Shown: positions 28,069 to 36,297 of the stretch, one piece after another
Layout of the letters: every line of letters begins with the position of its first letter
Numbering within the stretch: the first letter of the stretch is position 1
Virus record (IMG/VR): IMGVR_UViG_2879998633_000003
Span: 32,001 to 96,000 of that record
Reading direction: 5' to 3' (one strand)
Source: a virus
Taxonomy: Duplodnaviria; Caudoviricetes
Length of the DNA stretch: 64,000 bases
Made by a program: the position numbers and the translations under genes
Notes under the pieces: model-generated
The model's database searches: none
What the model was told of the DNA's origin: nothing
Seen by the model: only the letters and a program-made list of their open reading frames with translations

Positions 28069-28144
28069 GTTCCCAATTAGTGATCAGTCGGCTCTTCACT
28101 CTAATCGGAATATAGAAGCATCGCCACTACTGTTAATGGGCGAA

Positions 28145-29410
28145 TCACCTGACTTTGAGCAGGTCACTGTATCTTGTGGTATACCGAGGCGAAAGCATTT
28201 CTCGCTTCATCTGCCAGGTAGTCTGAATCCCCTGCCCTGCAAAATACAGCGTACCCCTACCATCCTTCGCATTGAGATGATCGAGTACTTCCATGAGCTT
28301 TTCACTGTTCTTCCGTGGCGCGTTGTCGTCGAAGAGGTTGAGCTGCGCTACGCCCTGGCTGTAGAAATCTCCCAGCATTACTCCTGCTTTCTGGTAGCGA
28401 TGCCCGTCTCGCCAGATTGCATCGAGGCATTTTATCGCCGCGGTGATAATGTCCCGGCTATCCTGGGTCGGTGTAAGCAGCTTTACTGATGCACTGTTGC
28501 CGTAATACGGCTCGTTCAGCGCGAAAGGACTCGTTTTGACAAATGCGGAGATAAATCGGCAATACTGGTGCTCACCACGGAGTTTCTCCGCTGCACGTGA
28601 GGCGTAGCTGCAGATCGCCTGCCTCATCTCATGGTATTCAGTGATACGGCCGCCGAACGAACGGCTGCACACGATTTCCTGCTTTACCGGTGCGAACTCC
28701 TCCAGCCCGAGGCATGGCTCTCCGCGCAACTCCCGCACTGTTCTTTCCAGCATGACGTTAAAATGCTTCCTGATAAAGCGAATATCCGTATCGGCTAATT
28801 TAAGCACCGTGTCTATCCCCATGGCCTCCAGTTTTTTACTGATGCGGCGCCCGACGCCCCAGACCTCATGCACCGGAAGCAAAGCCATCAACTTCCTCTG
28901 TCTTTCCTGATTAGACAGATCCACCACTCCTCCGGTCTGCCGCTGCCACTGTTTCGCCGCGTGATTGGCCAGCTTTGCCAGGGTTTTAGTCTGGGCTATG
29001 CCGACGCCGACCGTGAGGTGCGTCCTGCGCAGAACCGTCTCGCGAATTTCCCTGCCAAAATCGGTAAGATCGCGACAGTTACGCACACCAGTAAGATCGC
29101 AAAATGCCTCATCAATACTGTAAATTTCACAGCGTGGAGAGAGTTCCTCCAGCGTTGTCATCACTCGGTTGGACATATCGGCATAAAGCTCATAGTTGCT
29201 GCTAAACGCGATAATACCGTGCCGGCGAAACATGTCCTTTTGCTTGAAATAAGGCTCACCCATTTTGACGAAGGGCTTCGCCTCTGGCGAGCGGGCGATC
29301 ACACAGCCGTCGTTGTTTGACAGAACGACCACCGGACGCCCTTTCAGGTCAGGACGAAATACGGTCTCGCACGATGCATAAAATGAATTCACATCACAAA
29401 GCGCAAACAT
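28145..29410 (-). CDS. umuC: DNA polymerase V subunit UmuC
   Basis: MFALCDVNSFYASCE; YSIDEAF; LSPRYTT. Confidence 0.96.
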   Translation of the reverse strand: MFALCDVNSFYASCETVFRPDLKGRPVVVLSNNDGCVIARSPEAKPFVKMGEPYFKQKDMFRRHGIIAFSSNYELYADMSNRVMTTLEELSPRCEIYSIDEAFCDLTGVRNCRDLTDFGREIRETVLRRTHLTVGVGIAQTKTLAKLANHAAKQWQRQTGGVVDLSNQERQRKLMALLPVHEVWGVGRRISKKLEAMGIDTVLKLADTDIRFIRKHFNVMLERTVRELRGEPCLGLEEFAPVKQEIVCSRSFGGRITEYHEMRQAICSYASRAAEKLRGEHQYCRFISAFVKTSPFALNEPYYGNSASVKLLTPTQDSRDIITAAIKCLDAIWRDGHRYQKAGVMLGDFYSQGVAQLNLFDDNAPRKNSEKLMEVLDHLNAKDGRGTLYFAGQGIQTTWQMKREMLSPRYTTRYSDLLKVR

Positions 29411-29411
29411 C

Positions 29412-29831
29412 TTAGCCAGCTGATTTAATGATGTACGTAACCACCCCGAACACGTCGAGAGAGTCCTCACTACCGACGACTATTGGCGAATATGCAGGGT
29501 TCATTGGGTTAAGCTGAACCCGCGGATGCAGTTGCAGCTTCTTAACGGTGAATTCCCCATCCACAGCAGCAATAACGATATCGCCATGAACTGCTGTTCT
29601 TGAGCTATCCACGACCAGAAGATCACCTTCCCCTATGCCTGCGTCTTTCATGCTGTCGCCGGCGGCTTTGACAAAATACGTCGCACTTGGGTGGTTAACG
29701 AGCAACTCGTTCAGATCAATACGTTGCTCAACATAATCCTGCGCTGGACTAGGAAAGCCGCACTGCACAAGGTCACTGTACAACGGGAGCAGCATGATCT
29801 GGCGTAACTCAACGGGCGTGTAGAACTGCAT
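29412..29831 (-). CDS. umuD: DNA polymerase V subunit UmuD
   Basis: [10 protein letters not shown]; GDSM; FTVK. Confidence 0.96.
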   Translation of the reverse strand: MQFYTPVELRQIMLLPLYSDLVQCGFPSPAQDYVEQRIDLNELLVNHPSATYFVKAAGDSMKDAGIGEGDLLVVDSSRTAVHGDIVIAAVDGEFTVKKLQLHPRVQLNPMNPAYSPIVVGSEDSLDVFGVVTYIIKSAG

Positions 29832-29852
29832 AATAAACTCGCTCACAAAACA

Positions 29853-29868
29853 CTGTTTTTATATACAG
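29853..29868. promoter_or_regulatory. LexA (SOS) box upstream of umuD
   Basis: CTGTTTTTATATACAG. Confidence 0.9.
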
Positions 29869-30042
29869 TAGTTTTATTCGCTAATCTGATCAATAGAGGT
29901 TTTAACTATCAATCAGGAACACAGAGGGGGAAATCAATCACCTTTGAGCCCCTGATATTGGTTTCACTTAGTGATTATGTTGTCTATGTGCCTGCTTTGA
30001 ACTATCTTTTCTCAAAACCTGCCACTGCAAAATGGATATAAG

Positions 30043-30168
30043 ATGTCACAGACGGACTTGCTGATTGTTGTTTTTACGCTGGCCATTTTAGCCTTTGGCT
30101 ATTCCATATGGTTCATTTCGAACAGAATACTCTGCTCAATATTTCATAGACTTACAAAGAATGTATGA
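30043..30168 (+). CDS. 41-aa single-pass membrane peptide
   Basis: MSQTDLLIVVFTLAILAFGYSIWFISNRILCSIFHRLTKNV; GGA RBS; manual translation. Confidence 0.45.
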   Translation: MSQTDLLIVVFTLAILAFGYSIWFISNRILCSIFHRLTKNV

Positions 30169-30491
30169 ATTGGGATGGTATAGACTCAAATTCATGATCC
30201 TTGTTCCTCGACATCGGAAGGTACTTACAGACCGTCTTCGCTCTTAACCTATCACATCGGCACCTCCTCCATGATGTAACAACTCAGACCAGAAATATCT
30301 GGAAACTTTAGGCATCTTCTTAGAAGATGGACGAGCGCAAAGACGCACACAGCAATGATGTTATGTAGTATTTTCCCCTTGAGTGTGCCTGCTCAAGGGG
30401 ATTTTTTATCGCCGTATTGTACCGGAAAATATTTGTAAATAGTCTTCACCCCCACGCCTGTCACATCGGCCACACGCTAATGGACAGGCGG

Positions 30492-30914
30492 TTAGTCCGG
30501 TATGTTTCTCGCGCTACTACTGCTTACGTTAACGTCTGGTAATGATCTAGCGGCGCGACGTAAAGCGGCGTTGAAAGCAATTATAGTGACCGGCCGGCGA
30601 TGGTACTTCACACGGTTAGAATGACTCTGAAATAAATAAACATCTTCTGGATAGCGTTCTCTTCTACGAGCAATCATCGCCCCCACTGGAGGGGTTGATT
30701 CAACACGTAGCTCCTTCAGGTGACCCTGTTTTCGTATCAGTATCAAGTCACCATCAATATCATCATATCGAATACTCAGCAGCCTTCCAGCGCTTAAACC
30801 CGTGTGAAAAATTAACGCCCACAAGTCAGCCCATGTATCTGAGATGGAAACAAGATTGCTGTTAATAGTTAAAAATTGCTCAAAACTTATTGTTTTCTTA
30901 CCGTTCACGAACAA
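30492..30914 (-). CDS. Truncated tyrosine-recombinase-like protein
   Basis: LIFHTGLSAGRLLSIRYDDI box I-like; lacks HxxR and catalytic Tyr. Confidence 0.55.
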   Translation of the reverse strand: MFVNGKKTISFEQFLTINSNLVSISDTWADLWALIFHTGLSAGRLLSIRYDDIDGDLILIRKQGHLKELRVESTPPVGAMIARRRERYPEDVYLFQSHSNRVKYHRRPVTIIAFNAALRRAARSLPDVNVSSSSARNIPD

Positions 30915-30964
30915 ACCAAACTGTTTTCAAAACTGAAATAACTTATTATCTCAAATGTTACATA

Positions 30965-31543
30965 TCACGGGAAGGGCAGGAATCCTTGATCACGGACGGC
31001 AGCAGGAAAGTATTTGTAGATCGTCTTCACTCCCACCCCTATCACATCTGCGATCTGGTGCCGGGTTGCGCCGTTCTCCAGCATTCTGCGGCATCTCTCC
31101 ACCACTTCTTCAGTCATTACCCGGCGGCGGCCGCCGACTCTCCCCTGCTCCCTCGCTGCAGCCAACCCGGCTCGGGTGCGCTCCACTATCAGCTCGCGCT
31201 CCATCTCCGCCAGGGCGCTCATGACGTGGAAGAAGAATCGCCCTGCTGGCGTCGAAGTGTCGATCGAGTCGGTCAGGCTGCGAAAATTCACCCCGCGCGC
31301 CTGCAGCTCCGACACCAGAGTGATGAGGTCACGAACACTACGCCCAAGGCGATCCAGCTTCCAGACCACAAGAGAATCACCTGGTTTTAAACGACGCATA
31401 GCACGCCTCAGCCCTGGGCGCCTGGAATTTTTCCCGCTCGCTGTATCTTCGAAAATCTGCTCACATTCTGCGCGGATCAGCGCGTTTCTCTGCAAATCGA
31501 GGTTTTGATCGCCGGTAGACACCCGCGCGTAGCCAATCAGCAT
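30965..31543 (-). CDS. Serine DNA invertase (Pin/Gin/Hin family)
   Basis: MLIGYARVSTGDQ; VVWKLDRLGRS; C-terminal HTH. Confidence 0.95.
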   Translation of the reverse strand: MLIGYARVSTGDQNLDLQRNALIRAECEQIFEDTASGKNSRRPGLRRAMRRLKPGDSLVVWKLDRLGRSVRDLITLVSELQARGVNFRSLTDSIDTSTPAGRFFFHVMSALAEMERELIVERTRAGLAAAREQGRVGGRRRVMTEEVVERCRRMLENGATRHQIADVIGVGVKTIYKYFPAAVRDQGFLPFP

Positions 31544-31586
31544 TATGCAACCCTTTGAAAATGCTGATTGTAAATTGCCTATCTTA

Positions 31587-31612
31587 TTCGCGTAAACCTG
31601 GGTTCAGGCGAA
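31587..31612 (+). other. Invertase crossover site (left), 26 bp
   Basis: TTCGCGTAAACCTGGGTTCAGGCGAA, gix/hix-like; inverted copy at 35802-35827. Confidence 0.9.
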
Positions 31613-33598
31613 GGGTTCAGTTTGGTTGGAAAATGCCCCAACATTTCCACCCTCAGAGCCATCGAACCTTCCTATAACGGGCAGTCCATCATTCTGGAGC
31701 GGGCGGCCGCAGGGGCGGCCACCGTCAATGCCATTCTTACGCATGATCCGACAGACACAACGTCACCGGACGATGGCATTTCAATCTTTGTAACGCCAGG
31801 TGGCGCCCGATGGAAAGCTGATATCAGCCAGGGGTACGATCTGAGACTGGCTGGTATTCTCGTTGATGGTTCAAACTTTAGTCCTGTATTAAAAAAGGCC
31901 AGGGACGCAATCATTAATAAGGTCGTTGCCAGTGGGCGGGTTAACAACGTAGCCAGCATCATTAAAATAGTACCGACTAACTTTATCTGTGAGTTTAAAA
32001 TAACAGAGAAAGTAGACCTGCCGCCTTTTATTAGTTGCGGAACCATCGGCGGCCCATATTTTGAGGCTGGCGATTTTCTTGATGATTATAGCTTCAGGAT
32101 TTCGAATCAGGATTTTCCTCAACTGACAAAGGCTATGTATCAGGCAGAAACAAGCTGGAAGGGTGCTACAAGCAAATACTGGAATCAGGCGGTTGGTAAT
32201 AAGCCATTTTTTGCGATGGACGGGCAGAGGATGACACTGCGTGGACCTGGTTACGCACTGGATTCCGGCGGTAATCCGACGATTGAAACTGTGGGGGTCA
32301 TCTTCGGTAATGATGTTCCGTGTGAGCTTGATGTGCGGAACTTAATGATTTGCGATATGAAAATCACAGGTTTTCATACCAACCATCGCTGGGGAACATA
32401 TTACACCTTCATGTGCGGCTTCAGGGATTGTTATTTCTCACGCTGCTGGAACGGGATGGAGGTGCCAGAAGCATTCTACAATTTCGGCGAAGATATGCGC
32501 TATGAAAACTGCACCTTCGGCAACATTGCGAATGATGCCTTCTGGATTAAGGGTGGAGGGGAGTTCACCCTGGAGGGTGTTAAAACAGATTTTGTTGGTC
32601 GGCATATGCTGCGTATTGGTCCGCTTTCCCCGGTTGAATTTAAATATGTTTCAGGGCACATAGAAGGCATTCAGGGGCGGACTGTCTTCAAAGATGCCCC
32701 GCAAAGCTATTCGCAATCAACGGTTCTCATTGGCAAAGCTGTGAAGAGGGACGTAAGGAGGACGCTTGCTGGCCTGAGCGCTGAGTACTATGGCATCTAT
32801 CAGGAATACGAGTGTCCGAGTTCGGTTTACGGTCAGTCTCTGAAAGTCACCGACGAATCGCATACGTCTGGCCGGGCGGGGATCAAACCCAACACGCCTT
32901 ACCCCACGCTGGCGGGGCCGCCGGGTAACACTGGCGTATATCTAAAAACTCCACGGGGAATCGATCTAAGGACGCCATTTCCCAACAGCTACAGCGATGC
33001 CTGCTCAAACAGGATAAACCGCGTTCTTGGGTTTACTGAGTTAAGTACGGGTGATGTTGGTGGTGATTTGCTCTCTACTGATTACGCATGGGCCGCTCTA
33101 AAAACCGGCAATGCGAAATGCCGCTATGGCACGATGGCAGATGCTGACCCTGACGGCTATATGCCGTTTATCATTGAACTTACTGACCCAACGGAGGTGG
33201 TGCAGCTGTTCTGTACGAATGAAGCAAAAGCAGGTACCAGCCTTGAGTTGATTTGGGGTACTGCATCGATCCGCATAGCTGATGCTGTGGGCGATGTTAT
33301 GGTTTCTTCAGTGATGGCATGTTATCTGCGCAACAGCGTAAGGGTAACTCAGGACGCTGATACGAAGGTGTTTACAGCAACCAGCACCCCTATACGTCGA
33401 ACCTTTTCTGAAAGTGCGGCAATAAACATGACAACTCAACGACAGGGGATGCCGATTACCAGTGCTGATTACCAGGCAATGCTCCCTCAGGCGGCCAGCA
33501 ACTACTGGCAGGGGAATGACTTCATCCAGCCGGGTTTAAAATTCACAGGCTTTACCGGGCGGATTTACGTTACCCGTCCGTTCTGGTACTTACCGTAA
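31595..33598 (+). CDS. Alternative tailspike C-terminal module, silent in the present orientation
   Basis: Frame open from the crossover site (NLGSGEGFSLVGKCP...); no RBS or start of its own; beta-helix-like composition. Confidence 0.85.
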   Translation, partial: NLGSGEGFSLVGKCPNISTLRAIEPSYNGQSIILERAAAGAATVNAILTHDPTDTTSPDDGISIFVTPGGARWKADISQGYDLRLAGILVDGSNFSPVLKKARDAIINKVVASGRVNNVASIIKIVPTNFICEFKITEKVDLPPFISCGTIGGPYFEAGDFLDDYSFRISNQDFPQLTKAMYQAETSWKGATSKYWNQAVGNKPFFAMDGQRMTLRGPGYALDSGGNPTIETVGVIFGNDVPCELDVRNLMICDMKITGFHTNHRWGTYYTFMCGFRDCYFSRCWNGMEVPEAFYNFGEDMRYENCTFGNIANDAFWIKGGGEFTLEGVKTDFVGRHMLRIGPLSPVEFKYVSGHIEGIQGRTVFKDAPQSYSQSTVLIGKAVKRDVRRTLAGLSAEYYGIYQEYECPSSVYGQSLKVTDESHTSGRAGIKPNTPYPTLAGPPGNTGVYLKTPRGIDLRTPFPNSYSDACSNRINRVLGFTELSTGDVGGDLLSTDYAWAALKTGNAKCRYGTMADADPDGYMPFIIELTDPTEVVQLFCTNEAKAGTSLELIWGTASIRIADAVGDVMVSSVMACYLRNSVRVTQDADTKVFTATSTPIRRTFSESAAINMTTQRQGMPITSADYQAMLPQAASNYWQGNDFIQPGLKFTGFTGRIYVTRPFWYLP

Positions 33599-33608
33599 GA
33601 GGTGATAC

Positions 33609-33812
33609 ATGCACTACTTCATTTATCCATCGACTTCCAAAATCGCTGATGGTGAGGCAGTTTTACTGGAGATAACCAGTAAGGAACGGGATGTTCAGTT
33701 ATTCGCAGATTTTGACTGCGAGGATATTCTGGACGTTATCTTAACCGGTCAGGCTGCTCTGTTTAATGCAGGGTTTGATACATCCAGCACCGTTCTGAGC
33801 CTGCTTGATTGA
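33609..33812 (+). CDS. Small accessory protein of the alternative tailspike
   Basis: GAGGTG RBS; directly after the tailspike ORF. Confidence 0.65.
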   Translation: MHYFIYPSTSKIADGEAVLLEITSKERDVQLFADFDCEDILDVILTGQAALFNAGFDTSSTVLSLLD

Positions 33813-33816
33813 ATCA

Positions 33817-33839
33817 TATCCCGCCATAACGGCGGGATA
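33817..33839. terminator. Hairpin between the convergent halves of the invertible segment
   Basis: TATCCCGCC ATAAC GGCGGGATA. Confidence 0.65.
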
Positions 33840-33859
33840 CATTCATAAAATATACCTCC

Positions 33860-34102
33860 TCAACTCTCCGCAAAATCAGATTCGAATAGCTCTTTATCAA
33901 TAAAGCTTTCAAAGCCCTCTCCGTTCAGCATGTAGTAACCTCCCGCTCTCGGCTTCTCACGCAAAACATAATCTGATGAAACCGCCAGTTCCTGCCCGTT
34001 ACTGTCAGTTATGGTGGCGGTGTAATCCGGGTTAATGGCAATGTTTTCAATAAGCATTGCCTGAACCGTTTTGTTTGAACGATACGTAATGAGTGCCATC
34101 AA
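33860..34102 (-). CDS. Small accessory protein of the expressed tailspike
   Basis: GAGG RBS; directly after the 709-aa gene. Confidence 0.7.
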   Translation of the reverse strand: MMALITYRSNKTVQAMLIENIAINPDYTATITDSNGQELAVSSDYVLREKPRAGGYYMLNGEGFESFIDKELFESDFAES

Positions 34103-34106
34103 TACC

Positions 34107-36236
34107 TCAACTGATACCTGAATCGAAACGAATTGCCAGCGTAACTGATGCGCTGCGACGGTTTTCTAAAACGATATACTGTCCACTCTGGTACACGCAG
34201 AGTTTGTTTGTGACTGACGCGTCAGGCTGCGCCTGAGAAAGATTGACTCCATCACCAATAATTCCCGTGGGTTTTGGCGCTTTGTTAGGCACGTTAAAGA
34301 ACGAGCCGAAAAGGGTATTGTCATCTTCCAGGCCCGTAATTTTGTACTCACCACGGCGGTTGTTTACTCCGGCGCCGACGATATGGGTGTAACTCGCACC
34401 TGCCGCTATAGTCACCGTAGGCGACACATAGCCTTTGTTATACAGATACCCTTCGCTATACAACCGCATTATTTCTGTTGGTGCGGTTGACGGGTCTGCA
34501 GTGTTTCCCATTAAGAACTTCAGTACAGTACCAGTATCAGTCGTTCCGGTTATAGAATACTGTTCAGCCAAGGCTGAAACAGTTCTTTGTATGTTAGCCA
34601 TTACAGACAGGCGCATCATGTTTCGGACGCTTGAGAAAGATGTAAACGAACCGACCGGGGCACCATCGAAATATACTTCACGTGATGCGTTGGGGCTGTT
34701 GCTTAAGTCAATACCACCTGCAAAATTCGCAACCGATGCTCTCCCTGTATCAATGTAACCATTGAATCTGATATCTTTTACGATGCCCTCAATCTTGATA
34801 ATCGGAGCCACATCATCCGCTCTTGGCCCAATGTGCGTTATTTGTCCGCCATTGAAATGGACGCCAACGCTGGAAATGATATGAATCGCTGGCGCAATAT
34901 TGGCATTTGCCACAAGCGAATTCCCATTCTCATCAACGAGGCTGTTATTGCGGTTTACGCTAGGCGTATCGACCGTAACTCCAACGCAGTTACTGATATA
35001 GAAATGCTGGCAATTCCAGTTTCTTGGTTCAACATGAGGCTGAATTAAACGAATGCTATGATGTTTATTGTTTGCAGTAGTACCGCCCATACAAACAAAA
35101 CCACGGCAGGTATCTCCTCCGTTGTATTCCGTCGGTTCCAGCTGCAAGTGAATAAAAGTCAGGTTGTTGGAGTTATCATCTGCACGTTCCTGAATATATA
35201 CCGAGTTTCTTCCCCAGTTCTGAATGTGCAAATTCACAAAGGTAGAATCCCAAGCATGGCCTACTACGAATGGGTTACTGAACCAACCTATTTTTACATC
35301 TTCAACATAAGACAAACGCACTGCACTTATTGTGGAAACTTCCCCGAGCTTGACGCCCATATAAGCATTTAAACCAGGACCAGATAATGACCATCCTTTC
35401 CACATAATGCGACACGTGCGAAACTCCATAACCCGGTCATCTGCTGTATCAGAATAGAACCGAGTCTGGTTAGCACCATCACCAACCAGAGCATAAATGC
35501 TCATGCGAGACTCAGCCCCGCTTGTGTCAAGGTTCGTTAAAATCTCATTAATTTTTGAGACGTAATACGGATCATCCAAGCCTGGAGCATAAACCGCCTT
35601 GCGATACCTGGCTCCATCCTTCAACGCTTTTAGCAGTGCCGGCGCCCAGTCCAGCGTTGCTGGATCATCTGCCTTTGGAACACAAAGGTGTTTATATTCC
35701 CAGAGATTGATTTTCTGAGCGGACATAAACACTGCGACGCTTGCTGCAACATCGCAGGAATAGTTCCTGGCCCATGCAACTAAATACCCTCCCTGACCCT
35801 CTTCGCTTGAACCCAGGTTTGAGCGAAGAGCCGCGTCACCGATGTTCGACCATTTCCCTGTGGGGTTTGCAGCCGACCATACACCGCCATCGTTCTCAGG
35901 AGAATCCCCGGCAATGACGTGCTCAAGCTCGCCAAGGTATTTGTACCAGGAGCCATTGTAGTAGACGATTTGCTGGCGATTATCTACAACCAGACCAACA
36001 GCCCAGTTGCCAAGCTCCTGCCAGCCGATAGCTGCAACTGCCTGCTCGCCGCGACCAGTGATGTAGTCTATAAAGTGGCTGAAGATCATCTCCATGCCGT
36101 GCCAGGTTTTGCGCAGTACACCAAAGCGATCAGGTAATGATTCCGATTCCCGGCCATTGACTAACTTATCGAGGTTAGTTGCATTCTTAAGCAATACCTC
36201 TGGTGATGACGAGCCAAGTTTTTCGATGTTGGCCAT
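34107..36236 (-). CDS. Tailspike (constant N-terminus + variable beta-helix domain), expressed orientation
   Basis: Anchor ...WSNIGDAALRSNLGS, then DWAPALLKAL...LVGDGANQT typical of beta-helix starts. Confidence 0.85.
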   Translation of the reverse strand: MANIEKLGSSSPEVLLKNATNLDKLVNGRESESLPDRFGVLRKTWHGMEMIFSHFIDYITGRGEQAVAAIGWQELGNWAVGLVVDNRQQIVYYNGSWYKYLGELEHVIAGDSPENDGGVWSAANPTGKWSNIGDAALRSNLGSSEEGQGGYLVAWARNYSCDVAASVAVFMSAQKINLWEYKHLCVPKADDPATLDWAPALLKALKDGARYRKAVYAPGLDDPYYVSKINEILTNLDTSGAESRMSIYALVGDGANQTRFYSDTADDRVMEFRTCRIMWKGWSLSGPGLNAYMGVKLGEVSTISAVRLSYVEDVKIGWFSNPFVVGHAWDSTFVNLHIQNWGRNSVYIQERADDNSNNLTFIHLQLEPTEYNGGDTCRGFVCMGGTTANNKHHSIRLIQPHVEPRNWNCQHFYISNCVGVTVDTPSVNRNNSLVDENGNSLVANANIAPAIHIISSVGVHFNGGQITHIGPRADDVAPIIKIEGIVKDIRFNGYIDTGRASVANFAGGIDLSNSPNASREVYFDGAPVGSFTSFSSVRNMMRLSVMANIQRTVSALAEQYSITGTTDTGTVLKFLMGNTADPSTAPTEIMRLYSEGYLYNKGYVSPTVTIAAGASYTHIVGAGVNNRRGEYKITGLEDDNTLFGSFFNVPNKAPKPTGIIGDGVNLSQAQPDASVTNKLCVYQSGQYIVLENRRSASVTLAIRFDSGIS
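35802..35827 (-). other. Invertase crossover site (right), within the tailspike gene
   Basis: Minus strand TTCGCTCAAACCTGGGTTCAAGCGAA encodes RSNLGSS. Confidence 0.9.
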
Positions 36237-36297
36237 ACATTGTGCTCCAAAAATGAAAAAACCCGCCGAAGCGGGTGAATTGATTTTTTTGAAATTG

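Noticed and set aside
30492-30914. Functional integrase able to mobilise the hairpin cassettes
   Set aside because: Only 140 aa, lacking the catalytic Arg, HxxR and Tyr
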